Part shown: positions 8,008 to 17,281 of the stretch, one piece after another
Layout of the letters: every line of letters starts with the position of its first letter
Numbering within the stretch: position 1 is the stretch's first letter
NCBI GenBank assembly: GCA_048213135.1
Contig: PS015009.1
Coordinates: 1,178,001-1,242,000, forward strand
Length of the DNA: 64,000 nt
From: Reclinomonas americana ATCC 50394
Taxonomy: Eukaryota
Reading direction: 5' to 3'
The notes under the pieces: generated by a model
What the model was told of the DNA's origin: nothing
Database searches by the model: none
What the model saw: the letters and a program-made list of their open reading frames with translations, nothing else
Program-made: the position numbers and the translations under genes

Positions 8008-10434
8008 TTATACAGAAAGATGAAGCCGGCGTGCCTCCCGGGAAGAGATGAGCATGGCCAGTGATACGATGGTAATACTGCTGAGCGGCATCAGTATGGC
8101 GGCTATCATGGGTGAGAGCAGTCCCTGCACAGCAAAGGAGATGCCAGCCACATTATACATTATAGATATAGCAAAACCGATGGAGATCACTTTTCGTCCT
8201 TTTTTGGCATACGACAGCATCGCCGGCAATTCATGAAGACGGCTGCCTTCGAGTATGGCGTCGCAGGCGGGTGTAAACTGTGCCGTGTTATCGGTTACGG
8301 CAATTCCCGCATCGGCCTGCAACAAAGCACCTGCATCATTCAAGCCGTCGCCCAGCATCAATACCTTTGCTCCCCGCTGCTGAAGCCGTTTTATATATGC
8401 CAGCTTATCCTGTGGTGATTGCCCGAATTGCATATGAAGATCGTTGCCAAATAACCGGCGCAGGTTTTCCGCTTCGTTATCGTTGTCGCCGGACAGGATA
8501 TGCAGCTGGTAGTTGTTGCGCAGCAGCGAAGCCATTTCGTCTATCCCTTTGCGGTAGTTGTTGCCGATATGGAACCTGCCCATATGCCGGCCATTGACCA
8601 GCAGGTATACGTTGGTACCGGAAGCATAGAAGAGCAAACCGGGTATCTCCTCTGCCACAAAAGACGCCGATCCCAGCCTGATGCGCAAGCCATTGACCAC
8701 TGCGGTTATACCCCGGCCTTCATATTCCCTGAAATTTTTAATCCCGGAGGTTATCCTGCCGGCAGGAGATAAATAATTGCAGATGGTCCTGCTTAAAGGG
8801 TGGGCCGATTGTGCAGCCAATTCCCAAACGGCGTGGCGTACCTCTTCGGCCAGCGGTTCACCTATATACTCCGCCTTTTGTTCGTTACCGGTTGTGATGG
8901 TACCGGTTTTATCGAGTACAATGGTATTGATGCCGGATAACCGTTCTGCAATACCTGCATTTTTCAGGTACAGCCGGTTGCGGCTGAAAATACGCAGCAT
9001 ATTCCCAAAGGTGAAAGTAGCAGTAAGCAACAGGGAGCAGGGACAGGCCACAATAAGAACGGCCGTTACCGCCAGTCCTATTTTCGACGAATCTGCAAAT
9101 GCCCAATATATCGCTGTCGCGCCGGCAACGCTGTACAGGACAAGCGTAAAGTAGCGGCTCCAGGGATGTATGAAAGAAGGTTCGCGGTTGTTTTTCCTGT
9201 CATTCGTTTCGTTGTTCCATAAACGGGTGATATAACTCTGCGATGCCTCATTCACCACTTTCAATTCTATGGCCCCGCCCGATTGCCGGGCACCGGCATA
9301 GATCATTTCACCAGTGGGTTTGCTCACCAGTGTGGCTTCTCCGCTGATAAAACTGTAGTCGATATGCCCCTCTCCTTTCAGTAAAATGGCATCGGCAGGT
9401 ATCATCTCCCCGTTCCGTACAATGATGTGTTCGCCCTTCCTGAGTTCCGATACAGGTATACCCTGCTCCCTGCCATTGCGAACAACAGTAACGCCCAGCG
9501 GGAAATAAGACTTGTAGTTCCTGTCGAATGAGAGGTAGCCGTAGGTCTTATCCTGGAACCAGCGACCAATCAGCATAAAGAAGACGATGCCGGTACCGGA
9601 GTCGAGGTAACCGGCTCCCGTACCACTGATGATCTCGTAATAACTGCGGGCGAAAGTAATGGCCGTAGCTACAGCAATGGGCCCGTCAATATTAAGGACG
9701 CCCTGCCGCAGCCCTTTCCAGGCGGAAACAAAAAATACGGATGCGCTGTACAGCAACACCGGCAGTGAAAGAAAAAAGATGAGCCAGGTAAATGTTGCTT
9801 TAAGACCCGCGAGTTCAATTTTACCCGATGAAAAATATTCCGGGAAACTCAGCATCATGATATTGGAAAAACAGAAACCGGCGATGCCAATGCGGTATAG
9901 CCTGTTGCGGTTGAAAGCAGGCTGCGGCTGCCGTTGTGTTTCATTCAGCGTTATTTCCGGTTCGTATCCTGTAAATGCCAGCAGTTCCGCTACTTCCCGT
10001 AATGATACCAGCGTTGGGTCATACACAATGAACACTTCTTTCCTGTGAAAATCAACCCGCGAGCTGGCAATGCCTTTGTTGATGCGGTGAAGATTTTCCA
10101 GCAGGAAAATACAGGAGGAACAATGCACCTGCGGCAGGTAAAAAAACACATGCGCCTGGTGATCGCTGCTGAAGCGCAGTAACTGTTTAATGGCGGCTGG
10201 ATCATCGAGGTAAGCGAAACGGCTGCCCGTAAATTTTCCTTTCGCCTTCAGGCCGGGGCGGGCTTCGAGGTTGTAATACTGGCAAAGGTCATGTTCGTTC
10301 AATAACAAATACACCTGCAGGCATCCTTCACAACAGAAGGAATGCCCTTCACCGGATATATGGCCATCACAGCTTTCACCGCAATGATAACAGTCTTGTT
10401 TAATTTCTTTTATCGCCGTTATATCCGTCATCAT
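8008..10434 (-). CDS. ccoI: CcoI/FixI-type Cu-translocating P1B ATPase
   Basis: CYHCG/FCCEGC N-terminus, HCSSC, CPC, DKTGT, GDGLND. Confidence 0.92.
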   Translation of the reverse strand: MMTDITAIKEIKQDCYHCGESCDGHISGEGHSFCCEGCLQVYLLLNEHDLCQYYNLEARPGLKAKGKFTGSRFAYLDDPAAIKQLLRFSSDHQAHVFFYLPQVHCSSCIFLLENLHRINKGIASSRVDFHRKEVFIVYDPTLVSLREVAELLAFTGYEPEITLNETQRQPQPAFNRNRLYRIGIAGFCFSNIMMLSFPEYFSSGKIELAGLKATFTWLIFFLSLPVLLYSASVFFVSAWKGLRQGVLNIDGPIAVATAITFARSYYEIISGTGAGYLDSGTGIVFFMLIGRWFQDKTYGYLSFDRNYKSYFPLGVTVVRNGREQGIPVSELRKGEHIIVRNGEMIPADAILLKGEGHIDYSFISGEATLVSKPTGEMIYAGARQSGGAIELKVVNEASQSYITRLWNNETNDRKNNREPSFIHPWSRYFTLVLYSVAGATAIYWAFADSSKIGLAVTAVLIVACPCSLLLTATFTFGNMLRIFSRNRLYLKNAGIAERLSGINTIVLDKTGTITTGNEQKAEYIGEPLAEEVRHAVWELAAQSAHPLSRTICNYLSPAGRITSGIKNFREYEGRGITAVVNGLRIRLGSASFVAEEIPGLLFYASGTNVYLLVNGRHMGRFHIGNNYRKGIDEMASLLRNNYQLHILSGDNDNEAENLRRLFGNDLHMQFGQSPQDKLAYIKRLQQRGAKVLMLGDGLNDAGALLQADAGIAVTDNTAQFTPACDAILEGSRLHELPAMLSYAKKGRKVISIGFAISIMYNVAGISFAVQGLLSPMIAAILMPLSSITIVSLAMLISSREARRLHLSV

Positions 10435-10570
10435 ATCACAACAGGAATTGAAATCAATAAGGCCGCTGTTGAAAACAACAACGGCCTGAACCTCAGGGAA
10501 TCACCATTTTCTCTCCCTGTATAAGTACTCATGTGTAATGGTCTCCTGGTTTGTAATTCATTTTTTCGTT

Positions 10571-10975
10571 TCATATCTGCGCAGACAGGTAAGCCATAAA
10601 ATCGCTTTTCAGTTCCGCGAAATGCTGGCCCGTTACTTTCATTTTTTCACGAAGAATATCCTGTACCTGTAACGCGTCGATATCGTACTCTGGCAGGGCA
10701 CAACAATCGGCAACCAGCCTCGCCTGTTGTTCTTCTATACCATACTCGAGTGTTTGTATTTCTTCCCCGAGTATAATAAAGCGATCGTGAAAATGTGCGA
10801 CACACCTGGCGTCGTGTTCGGCGCGGGGGCTGTCGGTATCGTATACGATGTCGGCCAGTAATTTTTCCAGTTCAGGCAATTCCTTTTTTTGCAGGCGCAG
10901 CATATTCTGCCATCCTTTATTTTCATGGAGATAGACTTCGTAGCGGTAATTGTCGGTATGTGTGGCAGTTGTCAT
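10571..10975 (-). CDS. Hypothetical helical protein
   Basis: 134-aa ORF with ATG and AT-rich leader, downstream of a twin-box promoter. Confidence 0.7.
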   Translation of the reverse strand: MTTATHTDNYRYEVYLHENKGWQNMLRLQKKELPELEKLLADIVYDTDSPRAEHDARCVAHFHDRFIILGEEIQTLEYGIEEQQARLVADCCALPEYDIDALQVQDILREKMKVTGQHFAELKSDFMAYLSAQI

Positions 10976-10993
10976 GTGTTAAAATTTGTATTG

Positions 10994-11058
10994 TAAAATT
11001 GCACCAGAACGATCACCCGGGAAATGACGGGCATCAAGCTACCGCCTGATACTGGTCA
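10994..11058 (-). promoter_or_regulatory. Promoter (variant -7 element) with twin TGAY-N4-RTCA boxes
   Basis: TAAAATTG 10994-11001; TGACGGGCATCA 11025-11036; TGATACTGGTCA 11047-11058. Confidence 0.65.
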
Positions 11059-11085
11059 CCTGCTGAGGAAGATCAGCCTTGTTCT

Positions 11086-11568
11086 TCAAGCGGGATTATT
11101 TCTTGTTACCGGGTGATCATCGGTCAGCACCTGGTCGTGGTGAATAACCTTAACAGATATGGAGTTCATAACAATACAGTAGCGGTTGGCCATAGCGAGT
11201 ACCTCACCAGCCAGGGCGATATCGGTATCCTTTTCCACGAATACCTTCGGATAAATGTCGATGGAAGTATAATAAGGCCGGCCTTCTTTCATTTTCATAT
11301 GGCCTTTGGCGCCACACTCAAAATGCGTAACCGCCAGTTGTTTCTTCTCCGCAATGCCCAGGAAGGTGGTCATGTGGCAACTGATAACAGAACTCAAAAA
11401 AAGATGTTCGGGGCTCCACATGCCCGGCATACCACCCGGAAAACCCTCGGCTGTAGCCACACGCAGGGTATCCTTCACATCATTGGCCATAATAATGCCT
11501 TTTGTTTTTCCCTGCCAGTTCAGTTGTACTTCGAATTGGTGCATGTCGGTATCATTGTTCTGCAGCAT
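11086..11568 (-). CDS. OsmC family protein
   Basis: F.GG..G.WSPEHLF...SC..TTF and second Cys in YCIVMNSI; exact start uncertain. Confidence 0.85.
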   Translation of the reverse strand: MLQNNDTDMHQFEVQLNWQGKTKGIIMANDVKDTLRVATAEGFPGGMPGMWSPEHLFLSSVISCHMTTFLGIAEKKQLAVTHFECGAKGHMKMKEGRPYYTSIDIYPKVFVEKDTDIALAGEVLAMANRYCIVMNSISVKVIHHDQVLTDDHPVTRNNPA

Positions 11569-11584
11569 GGTGATCAATTTTTAC

Positions 11585-11649
11585 CAAAGGTATTTTCACC
11601 ACAGTCGTTAATTAATGACACCAGACAGTGTGTGTAATGATACTCGTCA
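11585..11649 (-). promoter_or_regulatory. TAnnTTTG promoter with twin TGAY-N4-RTCA boxes
   Basis: CAAAGGTA 11585-11592; TGACACCAGACA 11616-11627; TGATACTCGTCA 11638-11649. Confidence 0.7.
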
Positions 11650-11659
11650 TTACGGCCTG

Positions 11660-12118
11660 CTACCAGGCGTTCCTGAGTTCTTTGTTTTCGCTGTAAGGTT
11701 TTTGCGGGGCGTTGGAATACCACTTACGGTCGTAGTGCACAAAAAAGGCGAGCCATACAGCCCTGGCCATACGCATCAGCGGTGGCTGAAGCAGCAGGAG
11801 TATGACGGCATTGACGGGTATCCACCAGAATATCCTGTTATCGGAAATGGAAATACCCACAAAGACCCACCAGGCGATGAAGGTGGCCACGCTGATGGCA
11901 ATGGTAAAGGCATAACTTACATAACTGGTGCCGTAATAAAACCCGGGTTCCATATCAAACACCTGTCCGCATACCGGGCACTTGTCGTTCATCTTCATAA
12001 AACTTCTCAGGTTATACGCATTGCCGGTTTTGAACATATCGCCCCGGCGGCAGCGCGGGCATTTACAGGCGAGCACATTCAGCAGGCCTGGTTTTTTATC
12101 GTTGTCAGTCGTATTCAT
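11660..12118 (-). CDS. DUF983-like membrane protein
   Basis: KCPRC..G.MF, CPVCG..F..EPGFYYG..YVSY, two TM segments. Confidence 0.85.
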   Translation of the reverse strand: MNTTDNDKKPGLLNVLACKCPRCRRGDMFKTGNAYNLRSFMKMNDKCPVCGQVFDMEPGFYYGTSYVSYAFTIAISVATFIAWWVFVGISISDNRIFWWIPVNAVILLLLQPPLMRMARAVWLAFFVHYDRKWYSNAPQKPYSENKELRNAW

Positions 12119-12119
12119 A

Positions 12120-13010
12120 TTACGATCTTTTTTGAAGGTATGATTTCCGGAAAGCGGCTGGCGTTGTACCGACAGATTTCCTGAAAAATTTTATAAAGTA
12201 AGAATCATCCGCAAAACCCAGCTCAGCAGCAATTTCAGCCACTTCCAGGCCGGCGTTGATGAGCAGTCTTTTGGCTTCAAGTATTACCCGTTCCCGTATA
12301 AGTTCCCCGGCGCTGTTGCCGGTCATGTCTTTACAGAGTGCATTGAGGTGATTGGGTGTTACATATAATTGAACCGCGTATTCTTTGGTCAGTTTATGCT
12401 TACGGAACTGCTGTTCTACCAGGTTGCGGAAGTTGGCCAGCAGTAAAGAGTTGTAGCTGGAAGGCGCAGTTGCCGGACCGGGAGTGACGCCGCGTTGTAT
12501 GCCGATCAATATTTCCGCCAGCAACAAGCGTCTCCTGTCTTCGGTAAAAACCGCTTCCCTTCCCGTTTCCTTAATCAGTTCTTCAAAAAGATCGACCAGT
12601 TCTTGCTGTGCTTCTTTTTTTACCGGGATCACCTGTTGCTGCCAGCTGCCGGCAAAAAAGGAGAACCGTGCGGCATATTGATGATCTGCCATCAATCCAG
12701 ATAAATATGCAGCGGAAAAATTCACAATATACCCGTCGGTACCCGCCCCAAAATCCCAGGTATGCACCTGCCCGGGTGCCATGGCATACAAGCTGCCGGG
12801 CTTTACCGTATGCTGCGTGAAATCGATGGAATGTGAGCCCGATCCTTTGGTAAAGAATACAACGTGATAGAAGTCGTGTTTATGCGGAAAAACAAGGTGC
12901 TGGTGGTTGCGGATATAGCCCGCCAGCCTGTCGGTAACAATCCCCGTGTCGCCCCTGTTGCCGGGACCGAGTGAACAAATGCTGTACAAATGAAAATGTT
13001 CCTTTCGCAT
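12120..13010 (-). CDS. AraC family transcriptional regulator
   Basis: Cupin PHKHDFY, GQVH, C-terminal double HTH (EIAAELGF.D.SYF.KFFRK..G.TP); start set at MRKEHF, after TAATTTTG at 13029-13036. Confidence 0.93.
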   Translation of the reverse strand: MRKEHFHLYSICSLGPGNRGDTGIVTDRLAGYIRNHQHLVFPHKHDFYHVVFFTKGSGSHSIDFTQHTVKPGSLYAMAPGQVHTWDFGAGTDGYIVNFSAAYLSGLMADHQYAARFSFFAGSWQQQVIPVKKEAQQELVDLFEELIKETGREAVFTEDRRRLLLAEILIGIQRGVTPGPATAPSSYNSLLLANFRNLVEQQFRKHKLTKEYAVQLYVTPNHLNALCKDMTGNSAGELIRERVILEAKRLLINAGLEVAEIAAELGFADDSYFIKFFRKSVGTTPAAFRKSYLQKRS

Positions 13011-13239
13011 CGGGTTGTATTGACTCCACAAAATTAGCATTTACCCGGGGGTATTAATGGTGGTTTTTATGCCTATAATGGTACTTTTTACGGATTTGTA
13101 CCCGTCTGGCCGGTACCGTAATTCATTACCGCCTATTGCCAGCTCATACAACGGGCAATTGCACCAGCGGCAAGGCTGCAGGATATTTGCCCTGTAATAA
13201 AGAGACAGAGCAAGTTAATCCGGCACCCTTTGAAAGACC

Positions 13240-13262
13240 AGCGCCCCCGAGGCGTTTTTTTT
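13240..13262 (+). terminator. Intrinsic terminator-like hairpin upstream of mqnC
   Basis: AGCGCC-CCCGA-GGCGTT followed by a T run. Confidence 0.5.
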
Positions 13263-13329
13263 ATGCCATGTATATATCATCGTTATAACATCAAATGGGT
13301 GTATTTTTGTGTTCCCAAAAGGAGTATGT

Positions 13330-14454
13330 ATGGAGATCAATGCGCTGTTGCAAAAAGCCCTCAATTTCGAATTCCTCACCGTAGAAGAAGGTGTTTACCT
13401 GTTTGAAAATGCCGCGCTGGCCGACCTGATGTATGTGGCCAATGAACTGCGGAAAAAGCAGGTGCCGCATGGTAAGGTCACCTGGCAGATCGACCGCAAT
13501 GTGAACACGACCAATGTATGTATCGCCAATTGCAAATTCTGCAACTTCTACCGCATACCCGGTCATGCGGAAGCCTACATAACAGACATTGATACCTATA
13601 AAAGAAAGATAGAGGAGACCATTAAATACGGCGGTGACCAGTTGCTGCTGCAGGGCGGTCACCATCCTGAACTCGGACTTTCTTTTTACGTGGATCTTTT
13701 TAAAGAACTGAAATCGCTTTATCCGAATATTAAGCTGCATACCCTGGGGCCGCCGGAGATTGCCCACATCACCAAACTGGAAAAGAGCACACACAGGGAA
13801 GTGCTGATGGCATTGAAAGAAGCCGGCATGGACAGCCTGCCAGGCGCCGGCGCCGAAATACTAACGGACAGGGTTAGACGATTGATCAGTAAAGGCAAGT
13901 GCGGTGCGCAGGAATGGCTCGATATTATGCATGAGGCGCACAAACTCAACATCACCACATCGGCCACTATGATGTTCGGCCATGTGGAAACACTGGAAGA
14001 ACGTTTCGAACACCTGGTGAAAATACGCGAAGTACAAAGCCGCAAACCCGAACATGCGAAAGGCTTCCTGGCTTTTATTCCGTGGACTTTCCAGGATGTG
14101 GATACCCTGCTCACCCGTATCCGTGGTGTGCACAACCTGACCACCGCGGAAGAGTACATCCGCATGATCGCGATGAGCCGTATTATGCTGCCGAATGTGA
14201 AGAATATACAGGCCAGCTGGCTGACCGTGGGTAAGCAGGTAGCGCAACTTTGCCTGAATGGCGGCGCCAACGATTTTGGCAGTATCATGATCGAGGAAAA
14301 TGTAGTGAGCGCCGCGGGAGCACCCCATCGGTTTACCAGCACTACCATACAAAAAGCTATTGCCGAAGCGGGTTTTGAACCACAGTTGCGCAACCAGCAA
14401 TATGAATGGCGGGAAATTCCAGAAGCGATTGTGGAGCAGGTGATCGACTACTGA
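13330..14454 (+). CDS. mqnC: Cyclic dehypoxanthine futalosine synthase (radical SAM)
   Basis: DRNVN.TNVC...CKFCNF, LLQGGHHP, PG.GAEIL, ATMMFGHVET, GANDFGSIMIEENVV. Confidence 0.9.
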   Translation: MEINALLQKALNFEFLTVEEGVYLFENAALADLMYVANELRKKQVPHGKVTWQIDRNVNTTNVCIANCKFCNFYRIPGHAEAYITDIDTYKRKIEETIKYGGDQLLLQGGHHPELGLSFYVDLFKELKSLYPNIKLHTLGPPEIAHITKLEKSTHREVLMALKEAGMDSLPGAGAEILTDRVRRLISKGKCGAQEWLDIMHEAHKLNITTSATMMFGHVETLEERFEHLVKIREVQSRKPEHAKGFLAFIPWTFQDVDTLLTRIRGVHNLTTAEEYIRMIAMSRIMLPNVKNIQASWLTVGKQVAQLCLNGGANDFGSIMIEENVVSAAGAPHRFTSTTIQKAIAEAGFEPQLRNQQYEWREIPEAIVEQVIDY

Positions 14455-14501
14455 CCTGTTCTCCGTGGTTGATAAGGTTTTACTTTTTAACCACGGCCGC
14501 A

Positions 14502-14900
14502 TCATATATATTTGCTTAGCTTGTACTTGAGTTCTCCATTTTCTTCCAGCAGTTTGCGTATCTCTTCCAGCTGCAGCATGTATTTCATATAATAAAAGTC
14601 CAGCTGTTTGATGGCTTCGTCAAGCGTTACGGGAAGTTTAAAATAGGGCCCGAATACGGCCGACTCTTTGGAGGTCAGCAGCTTCATTTCGGGTATCTCA
14701 TAAAATCCATGCTTGAAAATCTTTCCATACCGGCCGAGAATGGTCAGCGAGAGCCTCGGGTTCCGGGTATGGTTGTAATAAGTTGTCCTGGAGGCATAAC
14801 GCATCCGCTCAATAATTTCATCAACAGTAAGTCCGGACTCTTCGGCCACTTTTTTCAGGGCTTTACCACGGTGTACGGGTTTTTGTTTGGTAGTTTTCAC
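14502..14900 (-). CDS. Hypothetical XRE-like HTH protein with C-terminal coiled coil (GTG start)
   Basis: HRGKALK.V..SGLTV..I..RM....R.TYYNH pattern. Confidence 0.65.
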   Translation of the reverse strand: MKTTKQKPVHRGKALKKVAEESGLTVDEIIERMRYASRTTYYNHTRNPRLSLTILGRYGKIFKHGFYEIPEMKLLTSKESAVFGPYFKLPVTLDEAIKQLDFYYMKYMLQLEEIRKLLEENGELKYKLSKYI

Positions 14901-14977
14901 AGGATAAAGAACGGAAAGCCAGCGTCCAATAAAATGATCTCAAAAAGACCAATATATATTTATAAATTGCTCAAAAA

Positions 14978-14993
14978 TGTTCAAATTTGAACA
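14978..14993. promoter_or_regulatory. Perfect 16-bp palindrome, candidate operator
   Basis: TGTTCAAATTTGAACA in the divergent intergenic region. Confidence 0.5.
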
Positions 14994-15145
14994 CTTCTGT
15001 TAAAATACGCCGGCAGAATAGGACAGCTTTGCTCACTTCAGCCTTCGCATTGTCATACCATTTTCACATTTTGAACCGGCTTGAAATTCAAATCGTTAAC
15101 CCGGCTCCTGCTGCTTAATTTTGCACATCTTTTCAATCAACACTT

Positions 15146-15460
15146 ATGTCGCAAAAGAACAATTCACTTTTTCATACTTTCCGGCTGGTGGGACTGGCGG
15201 AAGGTGTTTCTTTCCTGGTATTGCTTTGCATTGCCATGCCCCTGAAGTACCTGGCTAACGTACCCGAGGCGGTTAAGATCTGCGGCTGGATACACGGTGC
15301 CCTGTTCGTGGGTTTTATTGCGCTGGCTTTTTCGGTGCTGAACAAATACAATAAACCTTTCAGCTGGCTGGGCAAGGCTGTACTGGCGGCGCTGATCCCG
15401 CTGGGTACATTTGTATTCGATAAACAACTGAAAAAAGAAGAGGCGGCTGCCGGAGCCTAA
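15146..15460 (+). CDS. DUF3817-like membrane protein
   Basis: FR..G.AEG.SFL.LL.IAMPLKY, G.IHG.LF, A..IP.GTF. Confidence 0.85.
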   Translation: MSQKNNSLFHTFRLVGLAEGVSFLVLLCIAMPLKYLANVPEAVKICGWIHGALFVGFIALAFSVLNKYNKPFSWLGKAVLAALIPLGTFVFDKQLKKEEAAAGA

Positions 15461-16563
15461 TCTTTAATGAGGCGGGTAACTTCCAGGTTACTGTCCAGCA
15501 GCACCATAGCCGAGCGATATCCTTTACCGATTCTGCCCAGTTCATGATCCAGCCCCGCCAGCATAGCGGGGTACAGGCTGCACATGCGCAGGGCTTCTCC
15601 TGTATCGATCTTTCCGTATTGTACAAGATTACGCAGGGCCTTTGCCATATCCAGCGCAGAGCCGCTCAGGATACCGCCGGCAACATACCGGTCTTCGCCG
15701 GGCTGATGCGGATATGGCCCAACAGGCGTTTCGGTTACCGCGTCTGTTATCGCGAACAGTCTTTCTTTCATCGCGGCTTTGGCTACACGCAACGCGGCAT
15801 AATCAACATGTATACCATCGGGAATGATACTCGCCATAACATGGCTGTGATCCATGGCAGCGCCTGCCAGGCCGGGTTCGCGGTGTTGCAGGGGGCTCAT
15901 CGCATTGTACAAATGGGTAACTGCTGTAATGCCATCTTCAAAACCGGAAATGGCCTGGTCGTATGTGGCATTGCTGTGCCCGGCGGATATAATGATGTTT
16001 TTTTCTTTGAGTAGTTGTAATACGGCGGAATCAACCCTTTCCGGCGCCAGGGTAATCATGCGGATCACTCCTTCACCATAAGCAAGCAGTTCCTTTACCT
16101 CTTCTTCTGTTGGCGTATGTACCAGTTCCTCAATATGTGCACCACGTTTAACAGGATTGATCCAGGGCCCTTCCAGGTGCAGGCCCAGTACACCTTCGCC
16201 GCCCTGCTGCCAGTAGCCGCGTACTGCGTCGATACAACGCCATACCACTTCTTTGGTATTGGTGGCCACCGTTGGCAGACAGCCAATCGCCCCGCCTTTG
16301 TTGCAATATGCATTCAGTAAACGAAGCGAATCCGGTTCGGGATAAGCTGAAAACAATTTTCCGTAAGCACCATATATCTGCAAGTCCAGGAAAGCAGGCG
16401 CCAGTGTGCCCGGTAGCTGCTCTGTTGTTATATCGCCGGATTCATGATACGGCTCAACGGAAACAATACGGCTACCCGTTACCGTTACTGCATGGTTGTT
16501 AAGCCATTCTGTTCCTGTAAATACCTGGTCGGGGAGATAAATGGAGGTTGGAAGCATAGTCAT
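15457..16563 (-). CDS. nagA: N-acetylglucosamine-6-phosphate deacetylase
   Basis: GLHLEGPWIN..KRGAH, ITLAPE, SAGHSNAT, THLYNAMS, IPDGIHV, ITDA. Confidence 0.95.
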   Translation of the reverse strand: MTMLPTSIYLPDQVFTGTEWLNNHAVTVTGSRIVSVEPYHESGDITTEQLPGTLAPAFLDLQIYGAYGKLFSAYPEPDSLRLLNAYCNKGGAIGCLPTVATNTKEVVWRCIDAVRGYWQQGGEGVLGLHLEGPWINPVKRGAHIEELVHTPTEEEVKELLAYGEGVIRMITLAPERVDSAVLQLLKEKNIIISAGHSNATYDQAISGFEDGITAVTHLYNAMSPLQHREPGLAGAAMDHSHVMASIIPDGIHVDYAALRVAKAAMKERLFAITDAVTETPVGPYPHQPGEDRYVAGGILSGSALDMAKALRNLVQYGKIDTGEALRMCSLYPAMLAGLDHELGRIGKGYRSAMVLLDSNLEVTRLIKD

Positions 16564-16588
16564 TTGCTTCCGCAAAAATACAGGATGA

Positions 16589-17281
16589 TCAACCGATTAC
16601 AAAACGATACCCCACGCCTTTAATGGTGAGTATCTCCAGGTTGCTGTCTCCTTTAAGATAACCGCGGAGTTTGGTGATGTATACATCCAGGTTGCGGGAG
16701 TTGAAAAAATTATCATTGCCCCAGAGGAGGTTGAGGATATCCCTGCGGTCAATGATCTTATCGCGGTTCTCATACAATACTTTCAGCAGTTCACTTTCGC
16801 GAAAAGACAATTTTCTTTCATCACCATTATTTTTTAATACCTGGTGATTCAGGTGGAAAGTATACCGGCCGATGGTAACCACATCTTTTTTATCATTCGC
16901 CGCTGCGCCGCCATTCCTGCGGTTCAGGGCGTTCTCAATACGAACGATGAGCTCCTCCATGCTAAAGGGTTTGCGGATATAATCATTGCCTCCCAGCTGG
17001 AAACCTTTTACCAGGTCTTCGGTTTGTGTTTTGGCCGTCAGGAAAATGATGGGCACATTGTCATTCACGGCCCGTATTTCTTCAGCGATGGTAAAGCCAT
17101 CTTTATTGGGCAGCATCACATCCAGCACGCAGATGTCGGGGTTCTCGCTGGTGTACAAACTAAGCACTTTATCCCCGTCGGGTTCCATCAGCACGGTATA
17201 CCCCCGGCTTTCGAGGCTTTCTTTTACGATCTTGCCCAGGAAGACCTCGTCTTCCACATATAGTATTTTAGCTGCCGGCAT
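16589..17281 (-). CDS. OmpR-family response regulator
   Basis: ILYVED, LDVMLP, PIIFLTAK, DYIRKPF, SRNLDVYITKLR, GVGYRF. Confidence 0.95.
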   Translation of the reverse strand: MPAAKILYVEDEVFLGKIVKESLESRGYTVLMEPDGDKVLSLYTSENPDICVLDVMLPNKDGFTIAEEIRAVNDNVPIIFLTAKTQTEDLVKGFQLGGNDYIRKPFSMEELIVRIENALNRRNGGAAANDKKDVVTIGRYTFHLNHQVLKNNGDERKLSFRESELLKVLYENRDKIIDRRDILNLLWGNDNFFNSRNLDVYITKLRGYLKGDSNLEILTIKGVGYRFVIG

